Positions 12,243-25,830 are shown, numbered from the whole stretch's first letter. The stretch: 63,484 bases of DNA, filler included, from Octopus bimaculoides (GCF_001194135.2; 6 parts of 5 records of this genome joined end to end with filler, not necessarily neighbours in it), one strand, 5' to 3'. The notes: a model not told the origin generated them from the letters alone. Numbers and translations are program-made.

Positions 12243-12981
12243 AGTAGCGTATTTTTCTGCAATAAATGGATAATTTATCCTGATCACACTATTTATAGCA
12301 TTATCACGGGTTTGAGAAATAAATTTATTTCTGTTCTTACTATATATATTTTCAATATAAAGTGTGTCAGAAGTTAATATTTTCCGCTCATTTATTTTTT
12401 TTCTATAGACGTATGTTATAGTCTCAAGTAAATAAATATATTTACACGAATATTTATTGAGCATTCTTGTTGAAAGATGTCTTACTAAGACTAAGTATGA
12501 AATGCTCTGTGGAGGACTCATGTTGAGCACGTTGGACTAGTTTTTTCTCAGGAGCCAGTTTCTTTCTGTTGAGTATAAAAATATTTGTTTTTGCAGCACA
12601 TTTGTCAATTTCTATTCAATTCCACGTGACTACTGGTTACAGGGAAAATCTGTCTTTTACATCTCTAATGAAAGATATTCTTCTGTAGAGGAAGAATTTC
12701 TACGAAACAAGAACGTCTCGCACATTTTCTTAGATCATGTATCAGAGGTTGGCTCTTCCATTTATTGTAGATAAACTTAGGTCGTAGTACCAAGTAATTC
12801 ATAATTGATACAAATATTTGTTGAGTACTTTTGGCGAAAAATACCCCACTAATGTTATTTATGATGTACCATGTGGAGCACGTATGTCTTATTCCAAAGT
12901 GCTTGTATATGTATGTATGTATGTATGTATGTATATATGTGCGTGTGTGTGAGTAAATATGTATCTGTAAAAACATATATT

Positions 12982-13049
<68 letters not shown>

Positions 13050-13899
13050 AGAGGAAATTTGGCGAGTGGAATGTAACCCAGACAAATGTCAAGTTTCGGT
13101 GAATTTCGAATTCCGTTTGCACTTGATATACTTTGCAATACTCAAGCATAATTTTTCATTTCCAAAACGCAGCAGGAAGCCTCAAGTCTACTCGATCTCT
13201 AAGAAAACGAACCAAAATTCTAACAGATTTCTCAAAATGCTTCCATACACTGTCGTTGCTTAATTCTATTTTAATGAATCATTAACAAACTTTTAGTGAG
13301 TCTACAGTCGTTATTATTGTTGCAGTTTAGTCCAGTCAGCTTAAGCCGAGCCTACCTGTGTTGAAAGGCATTCCAGTTATGACCATCCCACCTGATTCTT
13401 ATATGTAGGAAACGTATGCCCTCATTTTCCAACGTGTCGGTTTTTTGTTTTCAAATTTTTATTCTTAGATGGTTGGGTACGACGTAATCTTTTTTTAGAC
13501 TGCTGTCATGCTGAAGTACCGCCTTGAAGGGTTTCAGTATTTATTTCATCGGTCTTACTTGCCGAACCGCTAAAGGACGGGGGTCATAAACAAANNNNNN
13601 NNNNNNNNNNNNNNNNNNNNNNNNNNNNNNNNNNNNNNNNNNNNNNNNNNNNNNNNNNNNNNNNNNNNNNNNNNNNNNNNNNNNNNNNNNNNNNNNNNNN
13701 NNNNNNNNNNNNNNNNNNNNNNNNNNNNNNNNNNNNNNNNNNNNNNNNNNNNNNNNNNNNNNNNNNNNNNNNNNNNNNNNNNNNNNNNNNNNNNNNNNNN
13801 NNNNNNNNNNNNNNNNNNNNNNNNNNNNNNNNNNNNNNNNNNNNNNNNNNNNNNNNNNNNNNNNNNNNNNNNNNNNNTATATATATATATATATATGGG

Positions 13900-14060
13900 A
13901 GAATATACAAATAATAACAACAGACGAGGACAGGTGGTGTAAATAACAAAAGGATATATTAGTATGACGCTCGGGAATACGGAAAGTCTTTGACGTTTCG
14001 AGCTACGCTCTTCAACAGAAAGAATACGGAGACAAGGAGAAAAACACGGAGAAAAAAAAT
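13900..14060 (-). mobile_element. Penelope-like repeat terminus carrying a hammerhead motif
   Basis: Contains the fold at 13987-14023. The family assignment is inferred from the motif type. Confidence 0.5.
13987..14023 (-). ncRNA. Minimal type I hammerhead-ribozyme-like motif, variant core CUGUUGA
   Basis: Minus strand reads UCUUU-CUGUUGA-A-GAGC(gua)GCUC-GAAA-CG-UC-AAAGA, giving stems I and II and a 1-bp stem III containing palindromic ACGU. Confidence 0.6.
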
Positions 14061-14512
14061 TGAATAGTGTTCAGTCAACGGTCAATCATAATAATATATA
14101 TATATATAGCCTGTAGATGAGAGTTAAGAAAGTCCAGTATACGAAACACATGCGAGCGCTCAAATGAATTTGAACTTAAATTCCAACTTCTCGCATTTGC
14201 TAACCTTTTCTTCAAAGGGAGGTCAGACTTATTGTAAATAACCTCGTTGCAAACCTATGACTTCATGCATAAATCACCTGCAAGTTATGATTGTTACATA
14301 CCTCTTGGCTTCCTGAGACAAGTGAGATTAGGTATTTTATAATTTCCATATATGCATATTTTGGTTTTAATTCGGTATTTCTTATGCTTCCTGTATATAT
14401 CTATATCTATGAAGCCTAATTGTATTTATCTAACTTATTCCTTGCTGTCACTGTTTTTCTTTCTTTCTTTCTTTCTTTCTATCCTCTCTCTTTCTCTCTT
14501 CATATATGCATG

Positions 14513-14586
<74 letters not shown>

Positions 14587-14754
14587 NNNNNNNNNNNNNN
14601 NNNNNNNNNNNNNNNNNNNNNNNNNNNNNNNNNNNNNNNNNNNNNNNNNNNNNNNNNNNNNNNNNNNNNNNNNNNNNNNNNNNNNNNNNNNATATATATA
14701 TATATATATATGACGGACTTCTTTCAGTTTCCGTGTTGTGTTGTCTCTCTCTCG

Positions 14755-14792
<38 letters not shown>

Positions 14793-15789
14793 CAAATAAT
14801 ATGTGAGTATATGCATATATACGTACATGTATGTACATACCTACATCCACGTGTATATATAGATGCATATCTGGGTACAGGACATCACAAAAAAACGTGG
14901 ATAAAATGAGAAACAGAACATAAAGAGAGCACAGAAAACACGCAGGCCACATAGAGATCATTTCCTTCATCAGTTGCCTCCATTCTAAAACTAAGCGTTT
15001 CGAAGAGTTATATATACACGCGAGAACTTCCACACAGTTTCCGTTTATCAGTCATTCACAAAGCAATGATCGATTCGGGGCTATAGTAGAAGGCACGTGT
15101 TCATGGTACCGCTCAGTGTCCTACACTGCCTTGTTTTAAAGCTAGCTTGTTAACCGCGCAGTCATGCTTGCGTTTTGTGACTTGAAGATTTGGTTGCTAT
15201 TTCTAGCAGGTCAAGGTACTTCGCATTGGCAACCCTGTTAGCTAATCTGCCGCGTTTACTGAAGCGCTGGACAAAGAATAAAATATTGGATCCAAAGGTG
15301 CAAAAAAATCCGAGAGGGAGGTTATCGACCAATCTCTGAAAAATAAATCGAAAATTCATTGATACAGAGCAATATATATCGAACGTGTGAAACGTTATTT
15401 AAGAGAGCTGCGGTGTGATTTTCAGGGAGATTTGTCTTCCATTTCTAAAAGGTCGAACCAGCAAGTGTAAGTACTCTCATTGGCACCAGCGCTGTGTTAT
15501 CGTCAAACCATAAACACACGCGTACACAGACAGACACACGCACATGCACACATACACATAGGCATATATAAACACTCACATATTTGACCTCATACAATGA
15601 TATACAAACACAATGCACTTATAATTGGCAATGATACAATCACTAAGAGGTTACAGCCATAGTTTTAACATCAAACGTTTTATAAACGTATGTATACGTT
15701 TCAAACTGTTTTGATATTTTCAGAAATGTTAAAAATACATATTCTACCAAAGTATGCAGGACAGAACGTGTGCTTGTGCGTATGTGTAA

Positions 15790-15818
15790 GTGTCTGCGTA
15801 TATCTATAATACATACAC

Positions 15819-15849
<31 letters not shown>

Positions 15850-16570
15850 TGTATGTATGTGCATGTCTGTATGTATGTAGGTATGTGTGTGTATGTACGT
15901 ACGTATGTATGTATGTATGTATGTATGTATGTATGTATGTATGTATGTATGTATGTGCCTGTCNNNNNNNNNNNNNNNNNNNNNNNNNNNNNNNNNNNNN
16001 NNNNNNNNNNNNNNNNNNNNNNNNNNNNNNNNNNNNNNNNNNNNNNNNNNNNNNNNNNNNNNNNNNNNNNNNNNNNNNNNNNNNNNNNNNNNNNNNNNNN
16101 NNNNNNNNNNNNNNNNNNNNNNNNNNNNNNNNNNNNNNNNNNNNNNNNNNNNNNNNNNNNNNNNNNNNNNNNNNNNNNNNNNNNNNNNNNNNNNNNNNNN
16201 NNNNNNNNNNNNNNNNNNNNNNNNNNNNNNNNNNNNNNNNNNNNNNNNNNNNNNNNNNNNNNNNNNNNNNNNNNNNNNNNNNNNNNNNNNNNNNNNNNNN
16301 NNNNNNNNNNNNNNNNNNNNNNNNNNNNNNNNNNNNNNNNNNNNNNNNNNNNNNNNNNNNNNNNNNNNNNNNNNNNNNNNNNNNNNNNNNNNNNNNNNNN
16401 NNNNNNNNNNNNNNGTATGTATGTATGTATGTATGTATGTATGTATGTATGTATGTATGTGCCTGTCTGTATGTATGTAGGTATGTGTGTGTATGTACGT
16501 ACGTATGTATGTATGTATGTATGTATGTATGTATGTATGCATGTATGTACGTGTGTATGTATGTATGTAT
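15790..16570. repeat. Complex (GTAT)n microsatellite with higher-order unit spanning a gap
   Basis: The unit gtgcctgtctgtatgtatgtaggtatgtgtgtgtatgtacgtac occurs on both sides of the N run. Confidence 0.85.
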
Positions 16571-16624
16571 GAATGCATGCACGCATGCATGAATGTATAC
16601 ATGTATGTATGTATCTGTCTTTTA

Positions 16625-16850
16625 TCTTATATTTTGATTCAGTCACTAGACCGCGGCCGTGCTGGGGCACTGCCTTGAAGGGTTTAAGCTGTGGCTGTGT
16701 GTTAAGAAGCTTCCTTCCCAACCACATGGTTCCGGGTTCAGTCCCACTGCGTGGTACCTTGGGCAGGTATCTTCTACTATATCCTCGGGTCGACCAAAGC
16801 CTTGTGAGTGGATTTGGGAGACGGAAACTGAAAGAAGTCCGTCGTATATA
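16625..16850. mobile_element. SINE family C: minus-strand tail fragment abutting a plus-strand head
   Basis: ttcagtcact...ccttgaagggtt is followed directly by gctgtggctgtgtgttaagaagcttcc...gaaagaagtccgtcg. Confidence 0.75.
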
Positions 16851-17273
16851 TATCTTTTGCAGAGATGTATAGAGATAAACATCATTCCCTTTGCTTTGTC
16901 GGATACATAAGGTGTTCGTTTTGGTAAGGTGAGGATTTTATTTATCATACACTTACAAGTGCAACCTAATAACCACGGTAGTAAGCATACATTTATATAT
17001 ACACAAACATACATTCATGCAAACAAATCCAAATATTACACTACTGAAATATACTCCCACACGCAAAAATATTTAAAAAGTTTAATACGTTACATTCTCA
17101 TACACAAATACAATACACATACATACTCAAACACACAGGCACACACACGCACGCACACACGCTCATACACAGACACACAGATACACAGACACACAGACAC
17201 ACAGACACACACACAGACAGACAGACAGACAGACACACACACACACACACACAAACACACAGACACAGACACA

Positions 17274-17334
<61 letters not shown>

Positions 17335-17340
<6 letters not shown>

Positions 17341-17630
17341 TGGACTCTCTCGTCAAAGATGGCGTATGAGCTTCAAGCTGTTGCCGAACGACCTGCACAA
17401 GTGATTTGTTTATAGTGGTCAAATGTTCGTGCCCCATATTATCTCATTCACTCCAGCAAATCGGCGTTGCCTGAACAGGTGCACGGTGTGCCACGCGTCA
17501 GGTGTCGAAGTGATCGCAGAGCAACGTGAGATGAAGCGTTTTGCTCAAGAACACAATGCACCATCTGGGTAGAAATTGAAAGCACGACCACGTGATCGTG
17601 AGTCCAAAGCACTAACCACTTGGCCATGTG
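17335..17630 (-). mobile_element. CORE-type SINE with a different tail
   Basis: Reverse complement gives gtgaggacacatggccaagtggttagtgctttggactcacgatc...gtgttcttgagcaaaacgcttcatctcacgttgctctg. Confidence 0.7.
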
Positions 17631-18289
17631 TCCTCACACACACACACACATGTATATATATGTCTGTGTGTATATTTCACTATCTCTCTTCAATCACTTC
17701 CTCGCCATAACATCATCTTATCCCTATTACTTTGCTTCTCCCACCATACCCATACACATAGTTTCCCTTCTTTCACCTTCTCGCCCTAGTATTATCTCTG
17801 TCACACCTGTCAGTTCTGTTCACCTTTCGAGTCACGCTTGGTTTGAATGAACGGCTAACAATGAAGCGGAGCCTTTAGTCTTGCATGTGACAAATCGGCT
17901 TCTCTTGCAAGTCAACAAACGGAGACCACTTTGAGTTGATGTTTCTTTAGTGTTCCTGAAGAAACGATTGCTTTCCTCGTGTTGGTACGACATTAATGTA
18001 TATTGCATCAACTCTGTATAGTGATTGCTACTACGAAGGGCAGGCAACACTGTTGAAAATACAAAGTCCAACTTAGTTGCGGTGCCCGACCAGTCGAGCA
18101 ATAACGTAACTGTAACGATCCTCCAAGGCATGTCTTTTTAGAAAGTAGTCGTAAGAGAATGAAACGCATATATGACATGGACAGGATTTGAAGTTAGAGT
18201 GCATAGGGTCGAAACAAATACCGTGAGGTATTCTACACTCTAATGATTCTACCATTTCGCCACTTTAATACATAAAACATACATACATA

Positions 18290-18845
18290 CATAAATACAA
18301 TACCTACAGTACCTACACTATTCAATGCCATCTGTAGAAAGGATTGCTCTGGGATAAATATAAGCACTATAGCTATCATAGAATGCATACATACCATAAT
18401 CAGGAATACTAGTGGTTCATTCCCATCAAATCTACCAGGTACAAACATAACAGACCCGACATAGTTATATGGGATATAAAGATAATTCATGTACAGTCAT
18501 AGAGATTAACCCCCAAACAGATGTGAACGTCTTTTTCCAAATCAGCGAGGAGAAAAATTAAATATAACTACTTCGAAGTATGAAGCTCCTTTACCCAGAT
18601 TATAAATTTACATTTACAACATTAATTATTAGTGCGCTTGATTATGTTCTTAATTATCTAAGTAACAATCTTGAAAAGCTAAGATTTCAGGATCGGCTAA
18701 CACGCATACAAATACAATATGTAAGTGGAACAGTAAAAATATGTAAGACTTTTCTAAAGTTCAACGTATACCAGTTATAATTATTGTTATCCAAAGCTTT
18801 GTTTCTTTGTTCAAAACTACATTCTTGCTGCTAGGAAGAATACTA
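18290..18845 (+). mobile_element. 3' end of RLE-type non-LTR retrotransposon (same family as 11490)
   Basis: KHNRPDIVIWD and MKLLYPDYKFTFTTLIISALDYV...SGTVKICKTFLKF. The 3' UTR ending in ggaagaat is shared with the 11490 copy. Confidence 0.85.
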
Positions 18846-19160
18846 TGCATGCATGCATGTATGTATGTATGTATGTATGTATGTATGTATGTAGGTAGGT
18901 AGGTAGGTAGGTATGCATGTATGTACGCAAACACACAAACACACATATAGACACACATATATAGACATCTACATATATAAACGTATGTATATATATCAAT
19001 GAATACATGTGTTATGTATATATCTGTGTACATATATAACATATATAAACGACACACACACACATATATATATGTGTGTGTGTACGTGTGTATACATACG
19101 TATATATATATATATATATATATACTACACACACATACTCACACACACACACACACACAG

Positions 19161-19200
<40 letters not shown>

Positions 19201-19261
19201 NNNNNNNNNNNNNNNNNNNNNNNNNNNNNNNNNNNNNNNNNNNNNNNNNNNNNNNNNNNNN

Positions 19262-19305
<44 letters not shown>

Positions 19306-20075
19306 ATACATATAGACATACACATATGATGCATATTTTACTTTGATATGTGTGTGTGTGTAGTGGGGGGGGGGTTGCGTCTGTATTCAGAGGTTTGATT
19401 CCTGAACTGAAAATACATGCAGAAAATAATCATGTACAATGCAGAAGTATGAAAGAATATGTCCGTAGCAGAGGGCAGCAAGTACTGAACAAGTCAAAAA
19501 TGAAAATAGTTACGAAATGGCTGGCGTAGAGAGAACTGCACTCGTTTGGTGCTTTGGCTGCATGGATCAGGGGAAGAAGTTCTGTTCGTCTCCGCTGGGT
19601 AGAGAGATACTTTTGGAAGAAGCCGTAAGTGCAGTGAGGTTCAGATGACAGCTGGAAAAGTGAGCGTCCTGTAGAGCGAAATCAAGTTAAATTCATACGT
19701 GCGTATGTATGTATATATATATATATATATAAGCAATGTTAATTCTCTGAATGAAGTATTAACAGTAACTGCACGATAAAGTGTAGTATATTGCCACTTA
19801 AGTGTGGCTGACCCCTAGGGGTGGATGTTACTGTTGCTTTTAGCCCCAGGAGGACATCTCCTCCAGCTGGCTTATCGACACACGACTGTGTCCTGTTTGC
19901 CAAGGGAGTTATCCCTCTCACCTCGACCAGCAGCACAAACGTATCCGGATTTCAGGGTTATTTCCCTTCGTCGGCGTTCGACAGCTGATGACCTTGGTGA
20001 GAGAGACGAAAACCTGGCAAACCTTATATCTNNNNNNNNNNNNNNNNNNNNNNNNNNNNNNNNNNNNNNNNNNNN

Positions 20076-20087
20076 TTAATTAATTAA
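20076..20087. other. Synthetic scaffold spacer (N44-TTAATTAATTAA-N44)
   Basis: Palindromic 12-mer with stops in all six frames, centred in a 100-nt spacer. It is identical at five positions. Confidence 0.9.
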
Positions 20088-20311
20088 NNNNNNNNNNNNN
20101 NNNNNNNNNNNNNNNNNNNNNNNNNNNNNNNTATAAATACTTATCACTTTCATGATAAACTTTACCTCTTAATTTAAATTTTTCTTCCCCTATTACTGCT
20201 ACTCGAGATATACGTTTTCATAATAATTTTTTCATATTGTGAACTTTCATTCTGCTTTGCCCTAGGTGACACCTATATCTTATGTACAGGTTGGTATGAT
20301 ACAGTTTTTAG

Positions 20312-20329
<18 letters not shown>

Positions 20330-20350
<21 letters not shown>

Positions 20351-20610
20351 TATTATTTTTATTATGAATACCTCGTTATCACAAGTTTTGTTGAAGCTCA
20401 TGGAGTTTTGCATGCATAGCGGGCTTACTACCTGAAGCCTACGGTACCATGCTATTCGTTCTTTTCAGCTAATACTTTCCTTCTTATTCTGGCCGTACCA
20501 AGGAGGCAAACCTTTTGTAACAGTTCTATTCCAGTTTCCTTTATATTCCTCTTGATGCTTTCTGATATTGTTCCCAAGAACCCAACAGTAATTGGCATTA
20601 TCTTCATCTT
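20330..20610 (-). mobile_element. 3' end of a second RLE-type LINE family with (AAT)/(GAT)n tail
   Basis: Minus strand reads KIMPITVGFLGTISESIKRNIKETGIELLQKVCLLGTARIRRKVL, then a short UTR and a trinucleotide run. Confidence 0.75.
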
Positions 20611-20640
20611 CTTCATTTTCCATTTGTTGCTTAAGAGGGT

Positions 20641-20725
<85 letters not shown>

Positions 20726-20790
20726 TCATCTACTTTTTTGACTATTCGTCGGTCAAAGGAGCATGCAACTATCATCATCATCATCATGAA

Positions 20791-20859
<69 letters not shown>

Positions 20860-22063
20860 TATTATTATAAGTAGTAGTAATATTATATTTGCAAATGAAC
20901 TGAGTAGTTTAGCAGATCATAAATTGTAACTAAATTTGTTGTTTCGAAGAAAGAAAGCCTAGGTTTTGTGGTATATTTACCTAACCAGCCACCTCTGAGG
21001 TTTGTTGAGTTTGAGAAATGTTCAACTATCCTCCTCCCTCTAAACTGTGTCAAAATTTGAGACTATCGTTGTTTTAGTTGTTGGGTTGTTTGTTTTCTCC
21101 GGTAAGTCACAAACACTAACACGAAAACACACCAACACAAAGCAGATATATATACATACACACCTATATAAACACATATAAGCATACTCTCTCACTTTCT
21201 CTCTCTCTCTCACACACACACACACATATATAGACAGATATAAAGAATTTTCCTCGACCAAATTTGCTCGAAAGGCATCAGTCAATCCAGGAATATAAAT
21301 TATTTGTTTATAAATCATTTATGTATATCACATGTATACACTTGTTTATGATGTGCATGCTAGCGTTAATATATGGTCAGAATGCTTTGAACTGCATATT
21401 TTATAAGAAATGTTCTGTTATGTATTTCAAGGCTTATATAAATTTATTCAATATTCTGTTGCATCTTATTTTATCATACATATTTCACTTTTTACATGTG
21501 TGTTAAAAAAAGACATATGTGTTAAAAAAAGACACTATTTGGTTTATTACCTTGTGCACGTATAAGCATCATGCATAAAGATGTTAGTTGGACATTCCTA
21601 TATACATATGCGATTATGCCTCTATACTTGGAAGTTCGTGTTCGTGCACTTGGTATATTAAGTAAACGATTGAGGCGGTACATGCATACACATGCATGTG
21701 TGTATGTATGTATAGGGGTGTGTGTGTGTGTGTGTAGATATGAACGTGTACGTATGCATACAAACATATATTTGTGCTTAATTATGTATATACGCCTGTA
21801 TATCGATGAGAGTGTGTTGGTGTGTGTGTATAACTGGGAATAATATTGCATATGCAGGTGCATAATTAATAATTTTGGCTTGGATTATATACGTATATAC
21901 GACTTCAAATTTATATATGGCTATTCAGTTATATCTATGGTCATTAGTATGTATTTCATTCATTCATAAATGTGTTTGTATGTGTGCGTCAAGAAGTACG
22001 TTCACATGTATAGATATAATGTGTATGACTGGATAAATAATAGCCTGTGTATATGCTCGAATA

Positions 22064-22094
<31 letters not shown>

Positions 22095-22191
22095 TCTTGT
22101 ATTCTTGTTGGGAGAAAAAACACAGACACACAAGCATACCCACACATACTCACATACACACTCACACACAAACACATATATATATATATAC

Positions 22192-22352
22192 GACGGTCTT
22201 CTTTCAGTTTCCGTCTACCAAATCCACTCACAAGGCTTTGGTCGGCCCGAGGCTATAGAAGAAGACACTTGCCCAAGGTGCCACGCAGTGGGACTGAACT
22301 CGAAACCATGTGATCGGTAAGCTAGCTACTACCACACAGCCACTCCTACGCT
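22192..22352 (-). mobile_element. SINE family C, 5' half
   Basis: Close match to the family consensus. Confidence 0.9.
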
Positions 22353-23048
22353 TATATATATGTTTAGCAGCTGTACCCAGCAGTGCTCAGGGTTATCAAT
22401 ACGTAAAATAAATATAATTACATAATAAATTAATAAATTCACTATATTTGAGATACCCATTTTATAATATTGATGGTAATAATCAATTATCCCATGAATG
22501 TCGGATCCCCAATAATATTGCAATTAAAATTTTCAGAATAGTGTTCAAACGAAACCTCATAAAATTTCACAAAAATTGGGCAAGCAAATATGAACATGCA
22601 ACTTCTTAATTTTTTTTCAGAAATTATATGCTTATTTTGATAATGTCATACTCATCTACATAACTGCAGCAAATGGATTAAAAAGAATTATAATTAGCTG
22701 ATATTTTTCTAATATCAGTGCTTGAGTGTATACAACAGTTAATGTTTTCGTGCTATGGTCTAAAAAGGGCAAATTACAGAAAAAAAAGTTTTATATGCAA
22801 TGACATTCTAAATGCGGGTACATCAACATGATCGCAATGGCTGAACAAGTAGTAAAAGACTACAAAAAAAAAAAAAAAGACACCGTGATAAGATGTACGT
22901 TTATGCAACAGTTGGTGCAAAACGATGGCTTCCAACTTCGAACATAAACACATGTACTTTCATATATTAAGGCAGATGTGTCATAAATACGTGTATGTGA
23001 GGATATGTGTGTTTGTGTATATATATATATATATATATATAGATATAT

Positions 23049-23403
23049 ACGAGGGTTCCGATTGATCCGATCAACAGAACAGCCTGCTCGTGAAATTAAC
23101 GTGCAAGTGGCTGAGCACTCCATAGACAAGTGTACCCTTATCGTAGTTCCCAGGGATATTCAGCGTGACACAGTGTGACAAGGCTGGCCTTTTGAATTAC
23201 AGGCAGAAAAGAACCAGGAAGTAAGAGCGAGAAAGTTGTGGTGAAAAAATTTAGCAGGGTTCGCCACCATCCCTTGCCGGAGCCTCGTGGAGATTTAGGT
23301 GTTTTCGCTCAATAAACACTCACAACGCCCGGTCTGGGAATCGAAACTACGATCCGATAACCGCGAGTCCGCTGCCGTAACCACTGGACTATTGCGCCTC
23401 CAC
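23049..23403 (-). mobile_element. SINE family A
   Basis: Inverted match to the 15-320 tail, with gtggaggcgcaatagtccagtggtt head. Confidence 0.9.
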
Positions 23404-24574
23404 AATATATACATATACACNNNNNNNNNNNNNNNNNNNNNNNNNNNNNNNNNNNNNNNNNNNNNNNNNNNNNNNNNNNNNNNNNNNNNNNNNNNNNNNN
23501 NNNNNNNNNNNNNNNNNNNNNNNNNNNNNNNNNNNNNNNNNNNNNNNNNNNNNNNNNNNNNNNNNNNNNNNNNNNNNNNNNNNNNNNNNNNNNNNNNNNN
23601 NNNNNNNNNNNNNNNNNNNNNNNNNNNNNNNNNNNNNNNNNNNNNNNNNNNNNNNNNNNNNNNNNNNNNNNNNNNNNTATGTGTTTATGTGTGTGTGTAC
23701 CTCTGACTGTGTTTTAGCACATGCATATGTTTTATTCATGCACCTATCAATGCATTTATGTTTTTGTCTAAGTTCTGCGATTGATATATTTATTTAAAGC
23801 CTTCAAGTGCTTTTGCTAAATTATGTCGAGCTCATTATAGAGATACTTCAATGAACCGTATTTATTTGCTCGAAAGGGCGTCTGTTTGTGTTTTATCGTG
23901 TTTGTATGTTTTTTGCGTTTCTGCGTTTGTGTTTGTTTGTGTTTGATTGTGTGTACGTGAGTGTGCTTCCGTGTGTGTGAGTGTATGTGTGTGTTTGTGT
24001 ATAAAATGATTTCTTTTGTGTGTCTGCATGGTTACTGTTTATGTTTTTCTAAAATAACATCTATGGCGGCAAACATCGTGTTTGCATATTTTTTTCCTTT
24101 TGGCGTCTCCACATTTCTATTTTAATAAGCAATCTCATGTTCTATTTCAGAAGTTTTATAGTGCATTGTATTATACAGCTACTAGCATGAAAAGTTTTGC
24201 ACGTGGCCAGTAGTGGTTCTAAATTGAACAATTAACCTCGAAATTAGTCCATTGGCAAACTAGAATGAGTATTTTCAGTTCAATTTATTATTCTTCATTT
24301 TTTAAAGCATTTATTTGTTATATATGAGCAAAGTTATAAGTATGTAATCCAGTTGGCAATGTAAAATATACAACTCTGACAAACTCATTAAAGAATGAGT
24401 TACATAAACAGTGCTTTTTGAGGGTTCTATTCATATCGTATCAGTTTTGAATTTGTCTTTTTCTTTTATTGCAGCCTCAGTGAAACCATTACGAAATAGA
24501 TCTATGACCAACGCTATATTAGACTTGACCAGCCTGTTGGCTCGTATAGTTATTCTTTTGAAGACGTTTATTCT

Positions 24575-24925
24575 TTCATTCTTTTACTTGTTTCAACTAT
24601 TTGACTGCAGCCATGCTGGAGCAGCGCCTTTAAGTGTTTTTTTAGGTCTAGTATTTATTCTATCGTTTTCTTTGCCGAACCGCTAAGTTACAGGGACGTA
24701 AACACACCAACACCGGTTATCAAGCTGCGCTGTGGGGGAACAAATACAGAAGCAAAGACACACACATACACAAGACGGTCTTCTTTCAGTTTCCGCCTAC
24801 CAAATCCACTCACAAGGCTTTGGTCAGTTTGAATCTATAGTAGAAGACACTTGTCCAAAGAACCACGCAGTAGAACTGAACCCAGAACCATGTGGTTGCG
24901 AAGCAAGCTTCTTACCTCGTCTGCG
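24575..24925 (-). mobile_element. SINE family C, near full length
   Basis: Head, internal (AC)n and tail are all present. Confidence 0.85.
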
Positions 24926-25602
24926 CCTGGGTGTAATTTGACATAAAATTGGCTGCTATGTCAAGAAGGTCTGGTGTTCATGTCAGGGCTCCCTCATCAG
25001 TTGGTATTACATACAGATAGATATGTACCACTGATTACATACTACAACTGGTTTTCGTTAAGATGATTCAGCTAAATGTTATAATATCTAGATACCATGA
25101 TATTTTCTGCATTCTCTCTTAGAAAGAAGCAAACTACTTTGAAAAAAGAAATGTTCGTTTACCCATTGAATGAAGTTTACTGACATAACTCCGAAATATC
25201 ACGATCTGAATATACAATGCATCATTTGGCTAAGCTCCATCATATAAATCGGCAATCTTATTTCTTACAATAGTTTATAAATAGAAACAAAATAAGACAA
25301 AAACTTATGTACACATGATTTTTTGACTTTTCTATAACATTTACAATCCAATGCTGTCTTATCTTCTGGTTTTCTTACGTGTAAAATACTGCACAATCAC
25401 GGAAATTATAATTCTACCTGATATTGAAAAAGCAAAACTTTTATATTCACTTCATATTGCATTCGCTGTGAATTGAAATCGGTTCATGTTAATATTATTC
25501 GGACCTAGGTCAGTTCTGTTCAACCTAACCCATGATCAAAAGGCATTCAAACCGTCAAATGGTTTTTATTTTCCTTTTATGTAATATGTATTTAGTTTTT
25601 TA

Positions 25603-25830
25603 GGGGCGCGTGGCTCAGAGGTTAAGGTATTGGACTCATGACCTTAAGCTTGTGGCTTCGATTTTTGCATCGGGCGATGTGTTGTGTTCTTGAACGAAAT
25701 GCTCTGTTTTACGTTGCTTTAATCTACTCAGCTGTCAAAAATGAATATTCCTGCCACGGACCGGCGTCTCGTCTTGGGGTGAGGGGAATATATACGCTAC
25801 AGAATGCAGGAAACCGGCTTTATGGGAATG
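25603..25830 (+). mobile_element. CORE-type SINE (tail related to 54218 copy)
   Basis: ggggcgcgtggctcagaggttaagg head, gtgttcttgaacgaaatg core, gggaaaccgg-like tail. Confidence 0.7.

Noticed and set aside
14960-15010. GAAA...CUGAUGA in permuted order on the minus strand (possible type II hammerhead)
   Set aside because: I could not form a stem I compatible with an unpaired core and a UH site.
19984-20015. ctgatga...gaaa motif
   Set aside because: No closing pair for stem II and no matching stem I.
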